Position numbers and translations under genes: made by a program. A stretch of 64,000 nt of DNA from the NCBI GenBank assembly GCA_965178125.1, contig OZ237739.1, positions 1,116,001 to 1,180,000 on the forward strand, written 5' to 3'. This document shows positions 49,801-60,065 of the stretch, piece after piece; within the stretch, counting starts at the first letter, position 1; the number at the start of each line of letters is the position of its first letter. The notes beneath the pieces are model-generated. The model was not told where the DNA came from, made no database searches, and saw only the letters and a program-made list of their open reading frames with translations. The DNA is from Bilabrum cf. latius. Lineage: Eukaryota.

Positions 49801-51353
49801 CCGCCTCGCCGCAGCCTGCGGACAGGGTACCTGCCGAGACGGTGGCCACGGGAGGGCTAGATGAGAACTTCATTCGTCTTGTGTGGCAGCAGATGCTGCT
49901 GGGCGTGCGAGCGATCCACGAGGCGCGCGTGGTGCACGGAGATCTGAAGCCGGCCAACTTCGTCTTCGTGCAAGGTGTGCTGAAGCTCATCGACTTTGGA
50001 ATTGCAAAGGCCATCAGCGCCGATACTACAAACATTTACAGGGAGACGCAGGTGGGGACTATCAACTACATGTCGCCAGAGGCCATTCTCGACACCTCGG
50101 CGCAGGCAGGTGGTGCTGCCGCGGCCGCAAAGCATCGAGGCATGAGGATGCGGGTGGGCCGTGCCTCGGACATCTGGTCGCTGGGCTGCATCCTTTACCT
50201 CATGGTGTACGGCCGGACCCCCTTCGCGGACCTCAGCCTGATCCAGAAGCTCAGATGCATCACGGACGAGTCCTACGAGATCCCCTTCCCGGACCTGCCG
50301 GCCAGGCACGCCCCGCTGATGGACGTCATGAGGGCGTGCCTGCGGAGAGACCCCACGGACCGTCCCACGATCGACGGGAGGTCTGGTCTGCTGGAGCACC
50401 CCTTCCTGCGGCCAGGAGCAGCGACAGATGGCGGCGCCGCCTCATCGCTCCCTGAGGGCACGATTGCCGTGGACCGCAGCACGATCGAGTCGGCCGCACG
50501 AGCCCTCACGCACCCATCCGTGGCCGGGGCCGTGTCTGGGCGCGGCGCGGCCGGAGACGACGCTGTCAAGCGGATCGGGGGTGCCCTGTTCGAGCAGCTC
50601 CGCGGAGCGGTGGATGGGCACGCCATGATCGACCGGCAGCAGATGATGGACGAGGCCGGCGTGCGCCCCCTGCCCTCCTCTTCCTCCTCGTCTTCCTCGT
50701 CGTCCTCTGCTTCTACTTCCTCATCGCCGCCCTCGCTGCCCTCCCAGGCACCCGGGCCAGCAGCCTCTGCATCGTCCCGCGCAGCCTCTCTGCACGGCCA
50801 CTCACCTGTGCATGCCCGAGCAACGGATCCTGCCGGGCACCAGCTCGCTCGACAGAAACTGGCCTTTGCCGAGGAGCTGGGCAGCGTGGCTCTGGGCCGG
50901 GGCACGAAGCGGAGCGGCCGCGGAGGACGGTTTAAGTCGAAGAAGAAGAAGGGACCGTCAGCCTCCGCTGCCTAGCACGGTGGAGAGGACAATACGGGCT
51001 TCGCAGGCGGGCTGGCAGCCGGAATCGCAGCCGCAGCTGGAGCTCGCAGCAAGCGTGTGGAGGAACAGGGCTAGGCCCCCAGCCCGCGGTCCAGGTCCGC
51101 CGCCGCAGCCCCGCGGACCAACGGAGGGAAGCTGGCGGCGGCGCTGCAGGAGAGGTAGGCGAACCTGCGGCACGTGGATCCTGCGTCAGCGGGCGGCAAG
51201 GCCAAGCTTGCGGCGCAGGGCATGGCAGGAGCGAGCGCGATGGGGCAGCTGCTCAAGCAGCGGTTCGCCAAGGTGCAGAGCTCGCTGCCAGCTCACTTGA
51301 AGCGCGCACCGACAGATGGAGAGACTGGGGAGATCTCGTGGATTGATGGATGA
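46868..51353 (+). CDS. MPS1: Mps1/TTK dual-specificity kinase: N-terminal TPR-like region, long disordered linker, kinase domain and WH2/VCA-like tail
   Basis: Kinase motifs GKGGSSKVF, YALKRI, NEIALL, VMELGETDL, HGDLKPANF, LKLIDFGIAKAISADTTNIYRETQVGTINYMSPEAI and SDIWSLGCILYLMVYGRTPF are diagnostic of Mps1. The spliced 5' exons give LVWVSLALLEAEQ|GKTSSAR...PLTLLEDAIR, similar to the TTK TPR region. Multiple in-frame TAGs. Ends in TGA 51351-53. Confidence 0.9.
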
Positions 51354-51477
51354 CGATTCGGAGTGAACTATGTTGGGTGGTTCCGCTGCACCGCGCGGTG
51401 CCGTTCTGCGGGCAAGTGGGGTCTCCAATCGTGTGTACTTTCAATACAACTGGAACATGGCACAAGCAAAACGCAAA

Positions 51478-53136
51478 ATGTCGAAGTGAGAGTTCATGGA
51501 TACCATGCGAATCAGATGAGAATGCACAGACTTGTTTTCATGATGCATTCTGATGTTGTCGTGAAGTCTTGGACTCTGTTTCTCAGACGTGATGCAGATG
51601 GCCTACACCTTATCGGCTACTCTGCATGTCATCATACTGCTGATGAATTAGCGAGTTTGCTAGCTCAGCCAAAGTTCAGGGCTGTGGTAAACTGGTAGCA
51701 TGTAAACTGGGTAAGGGTTAAGACTCCAAGATGCAACCAAATTCAAGATCGTAGCCTCTTGCTCTCATCCTCGTCGAGATTATGTGCGTCGAATGCAAAG
51801 TTGATGACTGTATTACATTCAATGGTTATTAATCTGTTGCTGCCCCGAGCAAGCATGCATCATTGACATGCTAGGTTGCTGCGTGGAAGACTCGATCCAA
51901 ACCCTCTGATGCGCCGACCCTGCGCAGCATCTCCGGCCACCACTGTACGAGGCAGCTTGGTGGAATGAAGCTGCAAAAGTTCGTCTGCTTTGCTAGGCGG
52001 GAGCGTACCCAGATATACGAGAGTCTTCTGTGAGAACGGAGCGCAACTGCAACTGCAGGACGCGTGCCGCAAGTTGCTGTATCCCACGCAATCCGGCCCA
52101 ACTCATCCAAACGAATACAGGGACTGGAAACACCTCTGTATAGTGCTGCGACGAAGCACAATCTGGAGGCAGTCGAAGCGTGCCTTCAATGTGGTGCGGA
52201 CCCCGATGCACCCAACATAGTGAGACTTCTGGCACGCTGCTGGCACGCTGCAGGCCAGGCCTTTGGGAAATGGAACAAAAGTATTCCTTTCTTGTCCGAT
52301 CTGCGTAGTTTCTTATTTAAAGAGCTGCGTTTTTCGCATCGACTTTCCTTTGCTTGCAGTCAGGCGTCACCCCGCTGGTTCACGCACTGAGCCACAACCA
52401 CCTCCCAACCGCGATGCTCCTAGTAGCGTTCGACGCCGACATTTTCCATCCTGACGTTGGACCGCGCTTGGCCGCTCTCGGGTGCCCATTTCCCCAATTC
52501 CCAACTCCTTCCGCTGGATCCGGTGGCGCCGATGGGGACGAGTATTCGCGTGCCTACCGCCGATGGCTCGCCTCTGACTCGGATGACACGCCCCGGGGGG
52601 GGCCTGCAACCGTGAGACGCGCAAAAGAACCGGATGCAGCCGCCGGTGACGCGGCTGGCGCGGGGCCTCAGTCGTCGGTGATGGCCAAGTGGAGCGCCGT
52701 GGAGCACATCTACTTCCGGTTTGTGGCAGCGGCCGACGATGCGACCATGGAGAGGTGCCGTCGCCTGGGCCTGGAGAAACACCGGCCCCGGGGGATGCAG
52801 CTGCTGCGTTTCAGGAGGGCAGTGGAGGCCAAGAGGGACGCGGGGAGGGTGTTCCGAGCAGCCAGCGAGGGCAGGCCCATGGAGCTGGCCAGGAGGCTGA
52901 GGCTGGGCAAGCTGGCGGGCGGCTTGGCCATCAAGGGTGTCGTGGACGGGGACTTGATGTCACCCCAGAAGGCCGCTCGGCTTGGAGGACACAACGAGTG
53001 CGTGAAACTGCTGAATCAGGCAGCGTTCGGTCTCATGGCCCAGGTCGGCAGGGAATCCTCGGGGGTAGAGGGCAGCGGGATGGCGGGCCAGGTGGATGCT
53101 TTGGTGTTTCCGAAGGGAATGTAGGGCGGAAAATAA
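51478..53136 (+). CDS. Ankyrin-repeat protein (copy 1) with the same C-terminal module as the 10.5-13.8 kb gene
   Basis: Exons 51478-85, 51587-51710, 51928-52029 (PPLYEAAWWNEAAKVRLLC[TAG]AGA), 52121-52219 (TPLYSAATKHNLEAVEACLQCGADPD) and 52360-53136 (GVTPLVHAL...). Ends PKGM[TAG]GGK-TAA. Confidence 0.8.
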
Positions 53137-53349
53137 CAAATTGTGCGCTGTGTATGTGCCTGTGTAGACTAGGACGTCCATCGTAGAGCGCAACTCAAAC
53201 GAATATAGCTGTGAAATCTGGCAAAGGGGAGCTGCACACAGACAGCCTAACCGCGACAATGGACTTTCGTCCGTGACCGAATATAGTAGAGAATGCCTTA
53301 GTCACTAGTAGTAGTCTATATCTCCTGCTCCGGGCCTGAGATCCCACTA

Positions 53350-53516
53350 GAGGGGCCCCCCACTTTGGTGGGACTTGCGGGACAGCACTTGCAGGACGCG
53401 CTGACTCGGTGGAGGGAGGAGTCGAGGCGGGCTGGGCGCCCGGGGACTTGTGCCCGGGTCCGGGCTTGGGGGGTGCCGGGTGGGGGGGGGGGGGTATCTG
53501 GAGGGGATGGTGTGAT
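53350..53516 (+). pseudogene. Internally deleted remnant of the Nup107-like fragment
   Basis: Concatenation of three pieces homologous to about 55812-55880, 56685-56735 and 57561-57600. Confidence 0.6.
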
Positions 53517-53972
53517 TGGAAGTCGCATTAGCATGGTCACGGGGCTTAGCATGTGGGCGTCATGGGGATACACATCCATGTGGGCTGGTCTATGCCAGCC
53601 TTGGTATCTGTGCAAACCCTGGATCGACTGCAGCAACAGACTGCGTGCTGGCAGCGCGCGGAGCCCACGTTCCATTGCGGAACCTCGAGGCCAGGAAGGG
53701 TTCACTCTTGGCTAGTCATCGTGCCTATCGAATAGTACGAGAAGTGTCATCGTGCAAATTCAATCTGTCTGTTTAGGCTTCTTCGAGTTGCCATCACTGC
53801 GGCTAGTTGGGCTTCCAGACAAGGCCCCGATATCCCTGACCTAGTGCTGGAGCAGACTCGAAGCCGTGGTGTAGCTCGACTAGTGTGAAATTCGTGTTGA
53901 GTCCGATCAACTTGAAGTGGAGACAAGCTTGTAAGACTGTCCAGGCTTTGCTTGCATCTTGGCGTGTTTTCC

Positions 53973-55613
53973 ATGGCAGGTCCGGATGAGGTGATTGACC
54001 TGGTGAGCAGTGATAGTGAAGAAGAGTTTGAGGGAAACCCCGGCGGAAGCATGGTTGTAAGTGGTCGTGCGGAGGCATCACCTGGACTACTAGGTGCCGT
54101 TGTATCACGGAGTGGGCGAGCTGGGCGAGGCAGCATGGCTGTTGGTCCAGAGTTGTAGTCAGCATCAGGTTCAACAGCTGCATTGATGACATTGGCTTCT
54201 GGAGTCTAGTCAACTGAATCAGTGTCATCTAGTGCTACCAGCACAAGGGCCCGTTTGGGGCAGAAGAGAGTCCGTGAAGACTTCGAGGCTGCCGAAGAAG
54301 GTGGCGATGCAGTGGATGAGCACGGTGCAAGCAACAAGAAGAAGAAGAGGAGGAGAGAGGAGCAGAGTCCAGCGGCAGGGGAACTCACCGGCGATAGTGG
54401 CAAGGGATACGATTGCTCAGTGTGCGGCAAGCGCTTTGGACGCCCAGGCCATCTCACGACGCACATGAGGACTGTGCACCTCGGGGAGCGCAATCACGAG
54501 TGCTCTGTGTGCGGCAAGCGCTTTGGGGTGGCAGGCAATCTCACGAAGCACATGAGGACTGTGCACCTTGGGGAGCGCAATCACGAGTGCTCTGTGTGCG
54601 GCAAGCGCTTTGGACGCCCAGGCCATCTCACGACGCACATGAGGACTGTGCACCTCGGGGAGCGCAATCACGAGTGCTCTGTGTGCGGCAAGCGCTTTGG
54701 GGAGGCAGGCAGTCTCTCGACGCACATGAGGACTGTGCACCTCGGGGAGCGCAATCACGAGTGCTCTGTGTGCGGCAAGCGCTTCGGGGAGGCAGGCAGT
54801 CTCTCGACGCACATGAGGACTGTGCACTATGGGGAGCGCAATCACGAGTGCTCTGTGTGCGGCAAGCGCTTTGGGGTGGCAGGCAATCTCACGACGCACA
54901 TGAGGACTGTGCACCTTGGGGAGCGCAATCACGAGTGCTCTGTGTGCGGCAAGCGCTTTGGACGCCCAGGCCATCTCACGACGCACATGAGGACTGTGCA
55001 CCTCGGGGAGCGCAATCACGAGTGCTCTGTGTGCGGCAAGCGCTTTGGGGTGGCAGGCAGTCTCTCGACGCACATGAGGACTGTGCACCTTGGGGAGCGC
55101 AATCACGAGTGCTCTGTGTGCGGCAAGCGCTTTGGGGAGGCAGGCCATCTCACGACGCACATGAGGACTGTGCACCTTGGGGAGCGCAATCACGAGTGCT
55201 CTGTGTGCGGCAAGCGTTTTGGGCTGGCAGACAGTCTCTCGACGCACATGAGGACTGTGCACCTTGGTGAGCGCAATCACGAGTGCTCTGTGTGCGGCAA
55301 GCGCTTCGGGGTGGCTGGCAGTCTAAAGACGCACATGAGGACTGTGCACTATGGGGAGCGCAATCACAAGTGCTCTGTGTGCGGCAAGCGCTTTGGGAAG
55401 GCAGGCCATCTCACGACGCACATGAGGACTGTGCACCTTGGGGAGCGCAATCACGAGTGCTCTGTGTGCGGCAAGCGCTTTGGGGTGGCAGGCAATCTCA
55501 CGACGCACATGAGGACTGTGCACCTTGAGGAGCGCAATCACGAGTGCTCTGTGTGCGGCAAGCGCTTTGGGAAGGCAGGCAATCTCAAGAAGCACATGAA
55601 TGCAATGCACTGA
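53973..55613 (+). CDS. SIM-like motif + NLS + 14-finger C2H2 zinc-finger array protein (ZF-A)
   Basis: ATG 53973 reads MAGPDEVIDLVSSDSEEEFE, then TAGs at 54156 and 54207, KKKKRRR and 14 x 29-aa CSVCGKRFGxxxxLxxHMRTVH repeats (87 bp). Ends in TGA. Confidence 0.93.
54408..55610 (+). repeat. 87-bp coding minisatellite, 14 units
   Basis: Near-identical units CACGAGTGCTCTGTGTGCGGCAAGCGCTTTGG....ACGCACATGAGGACTGTGCACCTTGGGGAGCGCAAT. Confidence 0.97.
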
Positions 55614-55811
55614 TAGGCTTGGAAACGCACTGTGCATGACGTGTTGAGCAACCCATGCCTGCTGGCACCAGTTGCAAAGGCAATCCTGCCTTTCTGCTTT
55701 ATTGCTGGCGCGGTTTTCTCTCTCGTGGGAAGAATGAGCTGCAGGCGAGGAATTCTGGACAGTCACATCTGGACTTGAGCGGCAATCGAGTGGCGTGGAC
55801 TTGAGCCCCTG

Positions 55812-57600
55812 GAGAGGGCCCCCACTTTGGTGGGACTCGCGGGGCGGCACTGGCAGGCCGCGCTGGGTCGGTGGAGGGAGGGGGCGAGCGGGAAGCACAG
55901 GCGGGCAGAGCTGCTGGCGCTGCGGGCGTGGGCCATGCTGGCGGAGGCAGTGGCGGGCGCAGGGGCCGGGGCCCGCGGGTGGCTGCAGGCACCCATGGAG
56001 GCGGCAGCAGAGGTGGCGGCTGGATGCCGGTCTTTGCCCCAAGAGACAGGGGCGATCGGCTGGGGGGCAAGGCTCGGCGGGGCTTCGGGTGCTGCAGATA
56101 CATCCGGGACCAGCAACAGCAGCAACAGCAACAGCAGCAGCGGTAGGCGAGCGAAGGCCATTCGCACTCGATTGGCAGCGAGAGCCGCTGCTGCCGGAGT
56201 GCTGGGCCCCGAGGACGCTGGCTTGGGAGGACTGGTGCCCGGACGTGCCGACCTGTGCGTGGTGTCCATCCGCTTGCACGCGCAGGTTCCCTCGCGGCCC
56301 ATCTCACGAGACCAGGAGGAGGGCGATGAGGACGAGCGGGTGGAGGCATCGGCAGGGGCAGGGGCAGGGGCAGGGGCAGGGGCAGGGGCAGGGGCAGGGG
56401 CAGGGGCAGGGGCAGGGGCAGGGGCAGGGCGAGGCGGTGAGCGCAGCAAGTAGGTTCCGGTCTTCGTGGCTTGATCAGCCGCAAGTCCTGGTCCGTGCAT
56501 GCACTCGGAATCGGAATAGGTATCGGAATCGGACTCGCTCGGGGAACACGGCGGCGCCTCCGCCGCGCCCGCGCCTTTATCCGCTCGCGAGGTCAGCCAG
56601 GCCATGGCGAGCCTCGAGAGCGACTGGACCCGGCCCCGCGGAGCCAACTGCGGGCCATGGGACGAGGCCGGCCTGGGGCTGGATGCGGGGCGGCTGGGCG
56701 CCCGGGGACTCGCGGCTGGGTCCGGGCATGGGGGGGACACGCCCCCCCTGTGCTGCCGCGTGCCCACCGCCGGCTGGGTGAGACGGGCCGTGGTGCCTCA
56801 GCTGGTCTGGATGATGCACGACGTGATGCATCGCATTGCGGCGTGGGCCATGCCCCTGGTGCGGGGAGAGGCCGTCATGGGAGTGCCCCGGGGCGGCGAG
56901 GGAACAAGCGCGGAGGCGAGCACGAAGCAGGTGCTCGAGCGCATGCTCGCTTTGGCTGGGGACCAGGGCTCCAGAGGGGCTGTCTCGGCGCTGTGCTGTG
57001 CCACTGGAGGTGCAGGTGCAGGTGCATGTGCATGTGCATGTGCATGTGCATGTGCAGGTGGTGGCTCGTTGGGCTCGAGCTTGAATGCAGTGCACTGCAG
57101 CGACAGGGTGTGCGTCCTGCTGCGCCTCGCCATGCGGGTGGGATCGGCTGTTGCAGACCCCTGACGGCATCGGCACCGCAAGCGCTGCTTCCTCTTCCTC
57201 GGGTAGCCCGAGCCCAGTGGCTGTGGGCTCCGTTGGAATCGGCTCAGGGGCCAGGAGGAGGAGGAATAGGAGGAGGAGGCAGGGGGTGTTGCGCCCGCCA
57301 TCTGGGGGTGGGTCTGGCCTGGGCTCGGTGGACGAAGGGGCTGGGTCCGGGAGCGGGGAGGGGGCGGCGATGGTGTTCGGGGGCGGGGAGGGGGTAAGCG
57401 TGGGGGACCGTCAGGGCAAGGGGTGGGCGCTGGGTGTGCCGAGCGCGGGGGTACGGGAGTGCTTCGCCTGTAAGTATGGTCCCCGAGGGAAGGCGACGGA
57501 GAAGAGGGAGGTGAAGCGGCTGCCCACTGCCGTGGCCGAGTCGGCTCGTTTGCTTCTCGAGGTGCCGGGGCGGGGGGGGTATCTGGAGGGGATGGTGTGA
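55812..57600 (+). pseudogene. 5'-truncated, disrupted gene fragment resembling the Nup107/Nup84 C-terminal region
   Basis: Reads RAELLALRAWAMLAEA...VRRAVVPQLVWMMHDVMHR...AMRVGSAVADP...GVRECF...EVKRLPTAVAESARLLLE, which parallels the Nup107 C-terminus as I recall it. In-frame TGA at 56472-74, a frameshift near 57160 and no 5' part. Confidence 0.5.
56352..56430. repeat. (GGGGCA)n microsatellite, about 13 units
   Basis: Perfect hexamer run. A (CATGTG)n run also occurs at about 57024-57055. Confidence 0.95.
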
Positions 57601-58065
57601 TTGGAAATCACCTTGGCATGGTCACGGGGCTTAGCCTGTGGGCGTCATGGGGATACACATCCATGTGGGCTGTTCTATGCCAGCCTTGGTATCTGTGCAA
57701 ACCCTGGATCGACTGCAGCAACAGAACAGACTGCGTGCTGGCAGCGCGCGGAGTCCACGTTCATTGCGGAACCTCGAGGCCAGGAAGGCTTCATTCACTC
57801 TTGGCTAGTCATCGTGCGTATCGAATAGTACGAGACGTGTCATCGTGCAAATTCAATCTGTTTGTATCGGCTTCTTCAAGTTGCCATCACTGTGGCGAGT
57901 TGGGCTTCCAGACGAGGCCCCGATATCCCTGACCTAGTACTGGAGCAGACTCGAAGCCGTGGTGTAGCTCGACTAGTGTGAAATTCGTTTTGAGTCCGAT
58001 CGACCTGAAGTGGAGACAAGCTTGTAAGACTGTCCAGGCTTTGTTTGCATCTTGGCTTGTTTTCC

Positions 58066-59793
58066 ATGGCAGGTCCAAATGAGGTGATTGACCTGGTGAG
58101 CAGTGATAGTGAAGAAGAGTTCGAGGAAAACCCCGGCGGAAGCATGGGTGTAAGTGGTCGTGCGGAGGCATCACCTGAACTACTAGGTGCCGTTGTATCA
58201 CGGAGTGGGCGAGCTGGGCGAGGCAGCATGGCTGTTGGTCCAGAGTTGTAGTCAGCATCAGGTTCAACAGCTGCATTGATGACATTGGCTTCTGGAGTCT
58301 AGTCAACTGAATCAGTGTCATCTAGTGCAACCAGCACAAGGGCCCGTTTGGGGCAGAAGAGAGTCCGTGAAGACTTCGAGGCTGCCGAAGAAGGTGGCGA
58401 TGCAGTGGATGAGCACGGTGCAAGCAACAAGAAGAAGAAGAGGAGGAGGAAGGAGCAGAGTCCAGCGGCAGGGGAACTCACCGGCGATAGTGGCAAGGGA
58501 TACGATTGCTCTGTGTGCGGCAAGCGCTTTGGACGCCAAGACACTCTCAAGACGCACATGAGGACTGTGCACCTCGGGGAGCGCAATCACGAGTGCTCTG
58601 TGTGCGGCAAGCGCTTTGGGGTGGCAGGCCATCTCTCGACGCACATGAGGACTGTGCACCTTGGGGAGCGCAATCACGAGTGCTCTGTGTGCGGCAAGCG
58701 CTTTGGGGTGGCAGGCAGTCTAAAGACGCACATGAGGACTGTGCACCTCGGGGAGCGCAATCACGAGTGCTCTGTGTGCGGCAAGCGCTTTGGACGCCCA
58801 GGCCATCTCACGACGCACATGAGGACTGTGCACTATGGGGAGCGCAATCACGAGTGCTCTGTGTGCGGCAAGCGCTTTGGGGTGGCAGGCAGTCTCTCGA
58901 CGCACATGAGGACTGTGCACCTTGGGGAGCGCAATCACGAGTGCTCTGTGTGCGGCAAGCGCTTCGGGGAGGCAGGCAGTCTCTCGACGCACATGAGGAC
59001 TGTGCACTATGGGGAGCGCAATCACGAGTGCTCTGTGTGCGGCAAGCGCTTCGGGGAGGCAGGCAGTCTCTCGACGCACATGAGGACTGTGCACCTTGGG
59101 GAGCGCAATCACGAGTGCTCTGTGTGCGGCAAGCGCTTCGGGGTGGCTGGCAGTCTAAAGACGCACATGAGGACTGTGCACCTTGGGGAGCGCAATCACG
59201 AGTGCTCTGTGTGCGGCAAGCGCTTTGGGAAGGCAGATCATCTCACGACGCACATGAGGACTGTGCACCTTGGGGAGCGCAATCACGAGTGCTCTGTGTG
59301 CGGCAAGCGCTTTGGGAAGGCAGGCAATCTCACGAAGCACATGAGGACTGTGCACCTTGGGGAGCGCAATCACGAGTGCTCTGTGTGCGGCAAGCGCTTT
59401 GGGGAGGCAGGCAGTCTCTCGACGCACATGAGGACTGTGCACCTTGGGGAGCGCAATCACGAGTGCTCTGTGTGCGGCAAGCGCTTCGGGGTGGCAGACA
59501 GTCTCACGACGCACATGAGGACTGTGCACCTTGGGGAGCGCAATCACGAGTGCTCTGTGTGCGGCAAGCGCTTCGGGAAGGCAGATCATCTCACAAAGCA
59601 CATGAGGACTGTGCACCTTGGGGAGCGCAATCACGAGTGCTCTGTGTGCGGCAAGCGCTTTGGGAAGGCAGGCAATCTCACGACGCACATGAGGACTGTG
59701 CACCTTGGGGAGCGCAATCACGAGTGCTCTGTGTGCGGCAAGCGCTTTGGGGTGGCAGGCAATCTCAAGAAGCACATGAATGCAATGCACTGA
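58066..59793 (+). CDS. SIM-like motif + NLS + 15-finger C2H2 zinc-finger array protein (ZF-B)
   Basis: ATG 58066 reads MAGPNEVIDLVSSDSEEEFEE, with TAGs at 58249 and 58300 and 15 x 87-bp fingers. Ends in TGA. Confidence 0.93.
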
Positions 59794-60065
59794 TAGGCTT
59801 GGAAACGCACTGTGCATGACGTGTTGAGCAACCCATGCCTGCTGGCACCAGTTGCAAAGGCAATCCTGCGTTTCTGCTTCATTGCTGGCGCGGTCTTCTC
59901 CTCGTGGGAAGAATGAGCTGCAGGCGAGGAATTCTGGACAGTCACATCTGGACTTGAGCGGCAATCGAGTGGCGTGGACTCGAGCCCCTGGAGAGGGCCC
60001 CCACTTTGGTGGGACTCGCGGGGCGGCACTGGCAGGCCGCGCTGGGTCGGTGGAGGGAGGGGGCG

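Noticed and set aside
14000-51000. Numerous 100-470 aa ORFs antisense to or overlapping the real genes (e.g. 34020-35441 -, 15780-16976 +, 27672-28772 +, 6363-7709 +)
   Set aside because: Expected in GC-rich coding DNA. They give S/A/R/C-rich mirror translations with no motifs.
476-51353. Interpreting the TAG-interrupted genes as pseudogenes or sequencing errors
   Set aside because: The interruptions are exclusively TAG, with no frameshifts, TAA or TGA, and catalytic motifs of essential genes are intact.
476-51353. TAG as pyrrolysine, Leu or Glu, or a ciliate-type UAR=Gln code
   Set aside because: The conserved-site match (DGQGRKMSKS) and the paralogue TAG/CAG swap point to Gln. TAA never occurs internally and terminates several genes. 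No pyl genes are present. Glu cannot be fully excluded without a genome-wide alignment.
55611-55616. TGA-TAG tandem stop after each ZF gene as evidence that TAG is still a terminator
   Set aside because: The three cases are copies of one event, and TGA comes first and is sufficient.
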